Assembly: GCA_036172245.1 (NCBI GenBank)
Contig: JAYWIR010000051.1
Location: 186,001-250,000 of the forward strand
Reading direction: 5' to 3'
Origin: Raillietiella orientalis
Lineage: Eukaryota
DNA: 64,000 bases
Below are positions 13,757 to 25,310 of this stretch, piece after piece. The notes beneath the pieces are model-generated. The model made no database searches. It saw nothing but the letters and a program-made list of their open reading frames with translations, and was not told where the DNA came from. The position numbers were made by a program, and so were the translations under genes. Every line of letters begins with the position of its first letter. The first letter of the stretch is position 1.

Positions 13757-15340
13757 TTAGAAAGAGGACGGAGTACCTCCTCCCGATCGCCCTCTGGGGC
13801 AAAGGGAGGCCTCTAGTCTACCTAAGGACTTGCGTGCTTCGCGCTGGGACGGTGGCCGAGGAATCCTGACGCTGGAGCGAATGGAGCTACAGCTCCAGTT
13901 TCGGATAATTGCCCTTTGGAGCAGCACCTGGTGCCAACCCGCACGCTTTCTGGTCCAGCAAGCCACTGGCAGCGTAAGACTCGCGTCCTTCCTTGAGCGT
14001 CCTCCAAGCAGCCTCATCGGTGGACTGCACCTGCGGCAGGTGGTCACTCTGCCAGGAAGAACGGATGGATCTCGTGCCGCCCCGTGAACGGTAGTGCCTG
14101 ATCGCAAGAAACCGCACGTGGGCGAGGATCCAGGAGCCAAATGCGGGACAGATGTGACGTTTCCTGTAAGCGCGTAAAAACTCCGAGGGATCCTGGAAGA
14201 TCCCTTGAAGAGTGCATGGGCAAGCAGAACCTCCCTCGCCGCCGCACTGCTCTCCCTTAGGGAGCACATGGTCAGCAGCCTAGATGGGAGGTTACTGTGG
14301 AAATCTCCGGAAGGAGAAAGGACTGAGTGGACGACGGATCAACTCACTGACGCTGCCACCACGAGTGCTCGACCTCGTGAACTTTTGCGCTGAGGAGTGC
14401 AACTGGGTATTTCGAAGGAGAACCTTCAGTGGGTCCGGTGCTCATGAACACCCGCACCCTCCCCTTAAAGTGGAGCAGGAGTCCATGTTGATGCTGCTGC
14501 ACTGGGGCTTCCTGTGCAACGTCCGCCGGCATTATTGGGGACGAGGGGAAGGTGTGAACCTAAACTGTGCAAGGTGCGGGGAGTGAGAATCCACTCTGAT
14601 ACAAAAGATAATTAATTTTAATACTTCATCATTATTTATTAACAATCCTTTTCAGTACTTTTCACTATCACTATAAAATAAAATTTTCTACTAATAATTT
14701 CATACTCAAATTCAACAAAATTTTAAATAATTATCAACATCAAGTCAATTTCTACACTTACTAGTAGATTACCCCCTTGCCTAGATACACCTTCCGGTAC
14801 ATCTACTATGTTACGACTTATCTAATATTATATCAGAGCGACGGTAGATTTGTATTTAATGATTATTAAATTCTCCTGCATCTCCTAGTGGACTGTCTTG
14901 CCCTCCAGCCCCTTTGGAGACGCTTTGCCACGACCCTTGGAACCCCCGGCGACAACGCCGAGGACGTTTGAAGCTCCTCTTCCTGAGCGATGCCCTCACG
15001 CCGGCCGCATCCCCAGCAGCACTGCACTGCCTGTGCGGCGGGACCGTGGCTGCGTAGAGCTAAGCTAGAGGAAGCCAGGACGATAGAGACTCATTTGTTT
15101 TGCGGCTCTCTTCTTGAAGATAGCGTCAAGATGGTCCCAACTGGGAATCCTGAAACGGGAACCTGCCGGCATCCTGGCAAGGATGCAGAGGACGCCCTCC
15201 AGCTGTCTGTGATCCCTTCCCGGTCCCTCCAAATTTTTTGCATGTGTTTTTTTTCGTTTTATTTTTTTTTGTTCGCCCAATTTTGTTTGCCCTTTTTGTT
15301 TTTTTTTCTTCCTGCACCACTGCGTGAAGAACAAATCTGC
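13757..15340 (+). mobile_element. Degenerate LINE ORF2 C-terminal half plus 3' UTR, copy C, interrupted by a NUMT
   Basis: LPKDLRASRWDGGRGILTLERMELQLQFRII (post-RT GGLGI-like motif) and LLHWGFLCNVRRHYWG...NCARCGE / LHLLVDCLALQPLWRRFATTLGTP flank the AT-rich insert at 14593-14872. Homologous to copies A and B. Confidence 0.75.
14593..14872 (-). pseudogene. NUMT: mitochondrial 12S rRNA 3' end, intervening tRNA-sized segment and probable 16S rRNA 5' part
   Basis: Very AT-rich 280-bp block inside GC-rich DNA. Minus strand reads TACAAATCTACCGTCGCTC...AAGTCGTAACATAGTAGATGTACCGGAAGGTGTATCTAGG, i.e. the conserved SSU rRNA 3' motifs with the helix-45 GGAA loop and a very short helix 44, typical of invertebrate mitochondrial 12S. 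ACTCTGATACAAAAG at the left end resembles a conserved arthropod mt-16S 5' block. Confidence 0.88.
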
Positions 15341-16299
15341 TATGCGGCTGGGAGGCAAGTGAGCTGGCGGACTCCGCTACTCCACCCCGTAGGGAGAAGG
15401 GAATTGGAGTCGATGGAGTGCGCTGCTCAGAGTAGCCTCCGACGAACTGGTCGTGCCTCCCTTGTGCATAAACACCTCCGTGTTCTTGCTGAAGTGGAAA
15501 CAGGACGGACATGCTGCTGTTTCTGCATTGGGGTTTCCAGTGCGACCAGCGAAGGCACTGGATTTCCGGGGACGCCGTGTCCCCGAACCGTTCGAGGTGA
15601 AAAGCGAATGAGTCGTCCTCGCACCTCCTGTTGGAATACAGTGCCCTCGAGGAACTTTGGCGGAGGCTCATCTCAGCCCAGCACAGCGGAGACACTGCGA
15701 CGGACTTGCTGCGGCGATTCTTCACGAGAGGTGGAGCCACGACAGGAGCCGTGATAGCGATGACCTGTTGCGTCCGTGCCATCGTTACGGCTCGCCATTT
15801 GCTGGAGTCTCGGACGGAGGACGCCAGCATCGCAGGTTGTCCACATGAGGACGGCTTCCAGGTGGGCCCAACTAGACGAGGAAGCGAGGAAGGAGATCGC
15901 CGAAACCCTGCGCTGCTTCTGAAGGAACGGACATTGCTGGTGACCCTCAGTTTGTCCTCCTTTTTACAAATTTGTTTATCTCGCACTCCTGCCCGTTCCG
16001 GACTTTTCTCGGTGCTTCATGAAGGAATGGGAAAAGCCAAAGACCCTGGCCCTGCCCTCCAATTTATTTCTGTTTTTTGTCCCTGTCCCCCAGCTCTGGA
16101 CGTTCAGGAAACCTGTCGGAAGTGTCGTTGAAGTCTCCCCTCGAACTTCCTTTAGGCTTTTTTAAATAGGGGAGTCGCCGCCTCGACGGCTGCTTTCCCA
16201 TCTTGTAGGTTTATCGCCAAATTAACGTCCCGGCGCTGCAGGGTGCAAATCTGCTGCCAAGGCGAACCTCACCGGCTTGCGTGCCGGTTCTCGGCAGGT

Positions 16300-16392
16300 T
16301 GCGTTTGTGACGTGTTAGAACCAAACGTCCTGCCACCGACATCTATGTTTATTTTATGTAAATAAAGGCCACGGCTCAACCGGGCGTCAAGC
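16300..16392 (+). mobile_element. LINE 3' terminus, copy E
   Basis: gacgtgttagaaccaaacgtcctgccac...tgtttattttatgtaaataaaggccacggctcaaccgggcgtcaa matches the termini at 13648-13730 and 11745-11820 (reverse complement). Confidence 0.65.
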
Positions 16393-18638
16393 CTGCGTAG
16401 CCAAGTGCGACCCGAAGATGCTGCTTGTCGGTGGCACCCTTCTCTCTCATTCCTGCCGTGACCCGCGGCACCGTTCCGAGCGCAGCGGGTCACGCGTCGG
16501 TCTTCCCGGCGCGCTCGCCGAGGAGCTCGCTGAGGAACCGGGAGTCGCGGCGCAGGTCACGACCAGCCAGGACGGTGGAAAGATGCCATGATCGCGGGGA
16601 AGGCAGGAAGGAAGATGCAGAACGACGCCCCGTCAATCCCACTGCTAGGGTGAAGGCCATCAGCGCTTCCCGCTTGCGGGAGAGCACTGCAGGGAAGTGC
16701 AAGACTTTCCTCAGGGGTTTCTCGTCGGCGCGCGGACGAGCGGGCGGCTGGCCAAGAGGCAGCAGCACCTACTGGGTCAGGCGAGGGGACCCAAGGGGCT
16801 GCTCCTGAAAGGCAGGAAGGCTTCCAGGCAGCGTGGACTTTCTTGCCAACACTCTTGTCCAAGCCGTGCGCTTTCTCCTCACGAAGCTGGCGGAGTCCTC
16901 CGGAACGCGATTGGCCGGTGGTACGTAGCAGCAAAGGAGCGCGCTAGGAGGCGGCAGTCCTGAAGGATTCCGGGTTCACCTCTCTTCCCTCCTCCATCAA
17001 TTTACCCGAAAATGAGTGGCTGCTGCACCCAGCTGAGTCCTGGTGATGGTAACTGCTGCGGAGAGATATGTTCCACGCGAAGAATCATTTCTGTTGCTGC
17101 CGTTAAAAGAGCAGGCGAGGAACGTCAGAAAGACCGCAAACCAAAAGAAAAGCGCGTTCCTGCGGGATGCTGAGAGGTAAGATGCAGGGCAGCGGATGAG
17201 ACAAGCTGGTTACGGTGTTGGCTTTGCTGGTCCGCGGGACGGCGGAGCGCGCCCCCTAGCGAGAGCAGGACGTGTGCAACCGGAGGTGTGCGCAAGTCAA
17301 AGCAGTCCCGCTGAGCACAGAAGCACTTACTCTATTCTGGAAACGCTTCTCTGGGCTGAGAGGATGGCACCGGCCGTCCGAACATTTGGCACCCACGAGA
17401 GGAGCTTCCTTGGGCGACCCCGCGTCACTCAGCGGAGAAACTGCGTTCCTCCGTGAATCCGACTGACTAGAAACCTCCCCAACAGAAGAGAAAACTTCAT
17501 CGTGGAATGTGACAGGAAGACAAGCAACACGTCTGCATCCTTGCGGTGATACAATCCTGCTTTATCTCTGTTGCCCCGGAGTTTCTGTTCCTCCTTTTGG
17601 ATTCGCCAAGTGCTCAAGCACGGTTGCTTCAGTCCATGGCGGCACGCGAGCGGCTCGACGGCGCCGCCACATTGAGGCTCACAAGTCTTTTCCACTGCCA
17701 GGCGCACGAGCTGGGTGTGAAGCTTGGAGGCGGAAGCCGGAAGGATCCACCTCCAACTCCCGGCCAGTGAACGGGGCATACGGCAGAGCACGCGATCGCG
17801 TCCTATCGATGCATGCTCCTGAAGCGGGTTCCCAGAGTCATCTCTCGGGGAGACTCAGAACCCGTCACGCATCCAATTTGGTGTCGATCTCCTTCACGGG
17901 TGTGGAAACCAGTGACTTCAGGTGCCACGCGCGTTCGTCGTGGCCACGAGGCCGCCAACGCGGGCTGAAGGAGTCTCATTGGCACACACTTCTCTGTATG
18001 AGACTGGATGCTTTTCCTATGAGTCGCGGGATAGAAAAGATCTCGGCCCCTCCTCCGTTCAGCATTTTCCATTTAAGTTATGGGAGCAGGCGATGGACCA
18101 GGACTGGAACAGGCTGACACCTTCCGGCTGGGACCTCCATCTACGAAGCGCGCTGGTAGGAAGGTTCGTCTGGAGGGCCGACTGCAAAAAAGTCTGAAGG
18201 AAAATACAGGGTTTCCTTCGTTCTCGTCTACGTGAAGAGCGTCTTCGAACGCGGAACCTGGAAGAGAACGTCCAGGCGGTGGCGCGGAGACGCTCGTCGT
18301 CGGTCGACTGCATCGCCGGCATCATCTCGGCGGCGCGCGAGGCGGCACCACCAGGATGCTCCTCGCGCGCAGCCGGCCGCCACGAAACCGCTGGACGGAA
18401 GCGAGAGATGGTGCGGGAGAGACCCTCCTACCTAGTCTCCCTTGTCATCTCTCCCTCTCCTCTGTCACCTCCAGGGGATCGATTGCAGATCAATTTATTG
18501 ACCATATATCACAATGTGGTAACACAGATGAATATCACAGCACAGTCTTCGTAGGAACAAACAGGGGCAGAAGGACGATGGCGACGCCGCTCCGTAAGGC
18601 TTTCTTCTTGCATTCCTGCAGTGTCCCTGGCGCCATCG

Positions 18639-21600
18639 TCACTGGCGATGGTAGGGAACCGCCTCTCGCGAGGAAGGGCGGGCGGCGTCCGCTCCCGTCC
18701 TGTGTTTCGGGGTTTTCCAGCTCGTCTTCACGCAGGTGCCTGGACCCCTCCACCAGGCATTGAGGTTGTGGTACGACTTAAATCCGTAGCTGGAGTGCAG
18801 CAGCGCGCACAGGCGGCAGAAGAAGAAGGTGTTGATGAACTCTCCCGTTCCTTTCCAGGAGAAGTACTTGTTGTACTCTGCGGGATTTCGATCCAGGAAG
18901 AGCAGGTATTTTCCCAGCTGCTTCGGAGAGGTGAAGTTGTCCACGTGGATGTAGGAGTGCCTGGGAGCGCTTTCCTCGTAATCCTCGGGTTTCGCTCCCA
19001 TCACTATAGGGACGACGTCGTTCCTGGAATGGGGGAAAGGCGGAGACAGGACGGTGGTGCGTTGTCGCCGCCGCCGCAGCGTGGGGCGCGTGCAGGGCCT
19101 TGCCCCCGCGCGCCGCGAGGGAAACCCGGAATCCCGCATGGCATCACGCGAGCCGAAGGTCGCATCCCAGAGAGGATCGGGACGTTCCGGGAAGCGGCAG
19201 CCGTGGATGCTGTCGCCTTCGACGTAGGGAGAGGCGCGTGGGGGAGTTTCCAGAGAGGAAGCCGTCTCTGAGGCCTGAGGAAGCCGCGACTCCCCGAGTG
19301 ACCACTTGGGAAGGCGGGACAACCCTATTCTGCAGAATCGGGAAAAGCGAAGGGAAGGAGGACAAGCGGAGGATCGCAGAGACCCCTTGGGGCTCTTCGG
19401 CTCCTTCCTATCAGGGTTTTTCTTCCCAGGTTTCCCCTTTCTCCTTTTTGGTTCCCAAGGGGTGCTGGAGAGCCGTCCGCCTCCTCAGGCGGCTCTCCGG
19501 CGCTCTTCACGCCGCCACCGGGTAGTGAGTCACTCTTCAGGTTAGGGGGAAGTGACCCCGGAGCGACCTCCCCACGGATCTAGGAAGAGCTCCAGGGGAA
19601 GGGGTCTGCTCCCTCTCTCCTGGGAGGGAGCCCCGAAGGGAACCCTCCACGCTAGTTGTCTTCGAAGGGAGTCGCCCCTTCCTCGTTCTTTCCGGAGGGA
19701 CCCTTCCAGGAGGAATCACTCCTTCTCCTCTTCTCCTCTAAAGGAGAGGATCCACCGCTGGAATTCCTTCTCTTTTGGAGGGAACCTATTCGCGTGGGAA
19801 CCGCTCCCTGCTTCCTCCTCCTCTGGAGAGAACCCCCGAAGGGGACGCTTTTCCCAGTAGGGCGCCCTCGAAGGGAGCGGCGTGCTTCTTGCACACTGGA
19901 GAGGTGCCAGCGATCCACCAGCTCCATGAGTACGAGACGGGAGGTGCCTTCCTGAGGGGAGGGGCGGCGCCATCTGCACAACCGGAGGGGAACCCCGAAG
20001 GGAGACGTGCCTTCGCTCCCTTCGACGCACCCTATGGGGCTCCTTTGCTGCGCAGGCTTCCAGGGGGCCAGCTCCCATTTCCGAGCACCGCATTCGAGCC
20101 GTGCACGACCTCGTGGCGGTGCGCGTCGGGCGATTCTCCCGGCGGCACGTCGCGTGGCGGCAGTCGCGGCGAATGCGGTGGTGACCCCCGAACGGTGGCG
20201 CGACTGCTGCTCCTCCGCGGAGGCAATTCGGACGTGGCCACTCGCGTTCCTCGCGTGCAAGGATTCCACGCGGTGGTTTCGTCGGCTGCCGAGTCAACCC
20301 TGCGCTGACAGGCGCGTAGGTGGCTTTGACATGCCCTGCAGCGGAGAAGGGCGACTGCCCGCTCATCCTGCCATGGAGCTGCCCGGTGACGGAGAGTGCT
20401 CCCTTGGCGCCAACGAAGAAGGTTGTGCGTTCCTGCCGCAGTTCGCAGTCTTGAACGCGGCGCTCGACCGAGGGTCGCTTCGGCTGAGTGACCTGGTGCC
20501 TCGCCTCTCCCGCTCCAGGTTTGGCGTCGGCGCCCTCCTCTCGAACGAGCGCCGCTGCTCAAATGTGGTCCCTGAGCCGCCGTTCAGTCCGAACTCCGCG
20601 AAGAGCTGACACCGCACGACGGTCAAAGCAACATCCGGCAACCTGGAAACTCCTCGTGGAGACGGCTCGAACCGGGTGGCATCTGTCGTCGTCGCTCCAT
20701 GGTAACGCCGGAGTGTAGCAAGAAGGAAGGAAGGGTTCGGGAGCGCCCCGGAGAAAGACATGCCGCCGCCGGAAGGAGTGGCAGGCGGGCGGGCGGATCA
20801 GCGCTCCTCTCTCCGGTCGCCGTGGCTACGATCCGGTCGCGATTCGCGGGACCGGTCGAGAGAGCGGAAGCAGCGAGCAGTGGCCAAGGCGACGCCTCGG
20901 AGTCGCGGGAGAAAGCAAGTCGTCTCCGCGCTTCGGGAGGCGAGGCGGCAGCTGCCAAGAACACCCCGGTGGCGCTCGGGGGAGGTTTCGCAAGTCTTCG
21001 CGGTCTCGGCGGGAGCCCCGCCATTGGCTCCCCTTTCTCCCATCCAACGCGTCCAGGGAGGAGGAGGGCTCAAGGCTCCGCGGCGAAACGAGTGCGCCTC
21101 CTCTCCTCCTCCTCCTCCTTCCCCGGACGCTCTCGGCTGCACCCTCGGATGAAATTCCTTCCACGAGAGCCTTTCTCCGCCTCCGGGAAACGGGATCGGA
21201 GTTGCTGCTCCTCCCTCCCCCCGAAGTGGCCACCTCCGCAAGCTGCTGGTTTTCGCTTACCGCACAACTGGGATTCTGAAGGGAGGGAGGAAGGGGGCAC
21301 CGACCCTGCCCCTCCGAGGTTGAAGCTCTCTCGCCGCGACCGTCCCCACCTCAGCGAAGGAGCGAACGAAAATGGGAGAGAAACGCAGCCCTCGGGGGAC
21401 GGGGTGGTGAAGCGCCACCTCGCGGCTGCGGTCAGCCGAAGGGGATGCCGGGCGCAAAGCTCAGGACGCTGAACGCGGCTGCGGGGCCATCGGTCGGGAT
21501 GAGAGGATGAACCACTCCGTGTTGTTCTCCTCTTCCCTCGAGCGCCCTCAGAAAGGGCGGCAACCAACGCCTCCGCGCTCTCTTCGGACTGCTTCAATCC

Positions 21601-23835
21601 TGCACAGCGGAACGCCACCCGTTCTCCCTGCCTTCCTGCGCTCGAGGGTTGCTGGGAGCAATCGGTAAGTATCAAGTTGCTGGAGGTCCTTTTTCCTTTC
21701 AGGACGTTTAGCCACCTGTGCTTCTTGACGCGGACGGGCAGGCTTCGCCCTAGACGGCGAGAGGGCGCTGCCGAGGAGTCGCAGCCCCGCCCCTCCCGGC
21801 ACAGAGAGTCCCGGGTGCCTTCTAGTGGCTGTTGCCTTCCCCACCGGTGCTCGGAAGGAGACCGAGGGAGCGCAGCCCCTCTCCGGTGCTCGAGGGACCC
21901 TGCAAAGTTCTGGAATTCGTCCTGCCTGGCCCTGAGCCCTCGCCGGGGCGGCTGAATTCCCGCGCAGGAGCGTCCTTCGGCAAAGGAAAGGAAGGAAGAA
22001 GAAAGATGGTGCCGCATCGCAAGGGGAAAGAAAGAGGGAGAGGGAGTTTTTTCCAGGCGAACCTCGTCCTTCGCGCGAGAGAGGACCTTGGCACCGGTGG
22101 CGACTCCTCTCCAGGGAGGGAGTCCGCCCAAGGGGCAGACCCTTTTCCCGCGCAAACCCCAGCGGAGCCCAGCTGGTAGCACGGGAGAAGACGAACAAGA
22201 TGGCGAGTGTCCGTGGCAGCTGCCCCCGGCCCCGCGCTACTGCGTTGCTCCCAGAGCCGGAGGGGAGGAGCTGCGTGGCGCTTCTCTCATGTGGCGTTTT
22301 GCGTTCCGAGAGGGGAGGAGACTGCAGCGGCTGGAAGGCGACGAAGCCGCTCAATCCATGAGCCTCCGCGCTCCGCACTTTTCCTTTCGTCTGCCTTCTG
22401 CTCGCTTCGACGCGTCCCCAAGGAGGCCCCGCCCGACTCTCCCTCCTCGGGTCCGTCCCCTCGACGTCGCGAATCGGATATCCGATGGCGCCGGAGATCC
22501 ACCATTTTGCGCGCTCACTCGCTGCGCCTCTGGTTCGATCCTCAAGGCATCCTCCGCCATCCCTGAGGGATGCCCCGTGCTCGCCCCCCTCACAACGCTC
22601 TTTTCGGACGGGGTCCCAAGAACCGTGCCAGCAGAGGCGGCGGTCGAGCTCCGCGGAGGGCGCGAGTGGTCTTCCGCCGGAGCCGGGAGACCCCTGTCTT
22701 ACCTGAGGGCATTGACGAAGAACTTCTCTGTGATGTAGTCCCTGCAATTGGAGTTCTCGAAGGCCAGGTAGAACTTGTAGTGCCTCCTGAGGTCCTCGAA
22801 GCACCTGGCGCTCTCGGAGCGGTGGCACGCCTTCCCGCCGCACTGCCCGTAGATGTCCACCTGAACGTGCTTGCTCAGCTCCTTGGCGTAGCCCCAGCGG
22901 TCGTTGACCGTGTGGCAGTTGCTCACGAACCAGGCGACCATGCGCGTCTTGTTAGAGGAGTAGTCCTTGTCGGGGGGCAGCGCCTTCACCCGGGGGTCGT
23001 AGTATAGCCACTTCTCGTAGGGAGTGACGAGGTCGCTGTCGCGGCGGTACGTCGCTGTCCAGTTGATAAGGTCCGGATGCAGGTGCGCCAGGGTGTACAC
23101 AGGGCTCTCGAGCATGTACAGGACCCAGACCTGCCGGCTATCCCGGCGATGCCTCAGGGGCAGATAGCTGTCCCGGAAGAGGATGAGGTTAGCTTCCTCG
23201 GCCAGACTCTTGTTGTCCAGCAGCTCGCACGCACTGACGGGGCATCCCTCGGAGATGAAGTTCTCCCTCCCCTGCTTCAGGCCGGTCCAGGAGGAGAACC
23301 CGTTGTACAGCAGGATCTTTTTCGGGGCGACGTCGAGGTCTTCCGGGAATGGGCGGAACCTCAGCTGGTTGAGGATCCGGTCGCCAGAGGCGTCGTCGGC
23401 GTCTACCTGGTCGCCGTCGCCGTCGCCGTCGCACTGCCCCGGCCACAGGCGCTCCGCCCCGCGCGGGTTGGCGGGGCGGCGCAGGTACCACGGCAAGCAG
23501 GAGGCACCGCCGACCGAGCCGCCGCCGCTGCCGTTCTTGCAGCTTCCCGCAGCCACGGGAGAACCAGTGTCACCGCCACTAACGCCCCCTCCTTGGGAGC
23601 CACTGCCACCGCCGGCACCACTACCACCACCACCACTACCACCAACGCCGCCGCTGCGGTCGCGCTTGGGCAGCGACGGCGCTCGCTCGATGGCGAAGGG
23701 GACGAAGCGCATGACGCACAGCATGGAGAGGGCGGCGCTGCCCACGAGGCACAGCACCACCAACCGCGGCGCAGGCACCCGGAAAACCGCGAAGGGCCAC
23801 TGGGCGAAGTTCCTCCTCGCTCCGTGAGCCACCAT
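18639..23835 (-). CDS. FucTA: Glycoprotein 3-alpha-L-fucosyltransferase A-like (GT10, core alpha-1,3-fucosyltransferase), 505 aa; exons 23835-22703 and 19023-18639
   Basis: Type II signal anchor (LVVLCLVGSAALSMLCVM), Gly/Ser stem, GT10 motifs LYMLESP, NWTATYRRDSD, VAWFVSNC, YKFYLAFENSNCRDYITEKFF and VPIVMG. C-terminal YFSWKGTGEFINT..CRLC..WWRGPGTC is characteristic of insect FucTA. Phase-2 GT-AG intron of 3679 nt; 1133+385=1518 nt. Start codon inferred. Confidence 0.9.
19540..19910. repeat. Dispersed repeat with internal sub-repeats in the FucTA intron (homologous to 12990-13330)
   Basis: Repeated cccgaaggg units at about 19632, 19835 and 19866 (also 19994), plus flanks shared with 13146-13210. 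Confidence 0.6.
22462..22566. repeat. About 105-bp repeat, inverted partner of 25311-25413
   Basis: cgacgtcgcgaatcggatatccgatggcgccggagatccaccattttgcgcgc..tcgctgcgcctc..atcctca aligns with the reverse complement of 25311-25413 (cgacgtcgcggatcggagatccgatggtgctggagatttgccatcttgtgcgc..tcgctgcgcctc..atcctca). Confidence 0.75.
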
Positions 23836-25310
23836 CGGACGCCGGCAAGCGGGGCAGCCTGGACGCGATCGATAACGCGCCGGGAAGGAAAGCCCGCCCG
23901 CGCCTGCGCGCGCGACGGCGCGCTCTCCCGTCGGCAGAGAGGCGCTTCGGGGAGGGAAGAGGAGGCGTCGCGGCTGGAAGCGGCAAGCCGCCGCCACCGC
24001 CGCCCCTCTAGGGAGGAGACTCGGGGCTACCAGACCTCTGTCGGGCACGCGCGGGGAAGCAGAAGGCGGGAGGGAGGGAAGGCGCCCTTTCGCCAGGACC
24101 TTCGCCTGGACGCCCGGTCTCGAATCTGCTGGCCGCGCCCCTCCGCACGCGCACTCGGGCGGCTCCACCTTCTCTGCCCCTCTCACCATCCTCTTCCTTG
24201 CTTCTCCCTTGTCCACCAACGGGACGTCACGCGCACGCCAGCTTCGGAAGCACTCGTCGGAAGCCATGGAAACCGGGCGTCGTCGTCTCGCGCCTCGCTG
24301 GAGCCCCGTTTCGGCCCCCCGCCTCATCGCCGGAGCACCTTCCCTTCCATCCCGTCTTCCTGGACGGAGACTGCTGCAACGCGGAGAAGAAAAGGCGCGC
24401 TCCCTCTGGGTCTCCCGGATGAAGGGGGCGAGGAAGAGCACGCTCCTGCGAAGACTCTCTGCAGTCTCTGAAGGCCCGTCTTCTCCCCCCTCCCTCCCTC
24501 GCTTTTCCCCCTTACGGCGGGGGGACATTCGGATGCCTTCCGGGGAGAGCCGACGCGGAGGCGGGGACGGCGCCGAAGAGCGCGCCGGCAACATTGCTCG
24601 GACGGCGGTCCAGAAGGAGGCTGGATGAGCGTGTCTTGTGCGCCGGGGGGCGCGCAAGACACGCTCGGCGAAACTCTGGCAGCGGTGGCGGCAGCGGCGC
24701 GGTCTTTGCAGACGGGTTCCTCCACTCCCTCTCCTCCTCGGCGAGGGTAAGGAAGGAAAGATGCGTTTCGGACCGGTCCTGTGAGGGCAGTGAATGCTGG
24801 CACCTGCAAGGGTTTCCTTCCCGGGGGGAGGGGCCGGCAGGGGTTCCCTTTGCGGGAGGCCCGGAACAGCTGGGCGGCGGCGGCGGCTCAGGCAGCGCCA
24901 CCTTCCACCCGCTCTGCACCAGCCGCCGCGGAGCTGCTCGTCCGGTTGCCCCCAGCTACGGGAGGCGAGGGGAAAGGGCAGCAGAGGGAGAACTGGAGGG
25001 GCGTGTGAGTCTTGCGGCGTACCCGCCGCAGCAGCCGGGAGGCACCTCTTTGCCTGGGGCGGCCTCCACGAGGGCGGGGAGCCTGCGCCTCGCTCTGGGA
25101 GGGGTGGAGGGGGCCCTCGTCTGCCCTGAGATTGAACTTCCCATGAACCCCCATAGGGTTTCTGGGGGACACCCTATTCTGCGTGGAAGCAAACGCCCCC
25201 GGGTACACTGGATGAGCCCCCGGCTTGCTCCCTGCTCCAGGTTGAGCGATGTTAGCGCTGTTGCTGGCGCGGTTGGGAGGCGGCGCAAAGGGGCGCCCGC
25301 GGGACATTTT

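Noticed and set aside
14780..14860. Functional rRNA gene
   Set aside because: Only a short 3' fragment embedded in a nuclear retroelement; treated as a NUMT.
23836..24657. N-terminal 270-aa extension of the 652-aa ORF upstream of FucTA
   Set aside because: Arg/Pro/Ala-rich text typical of stop-poor GC-rich DNA. GT10 enzymes have a short cytoplasmic tail before the signal anchor, which fits the ATG at 23835.
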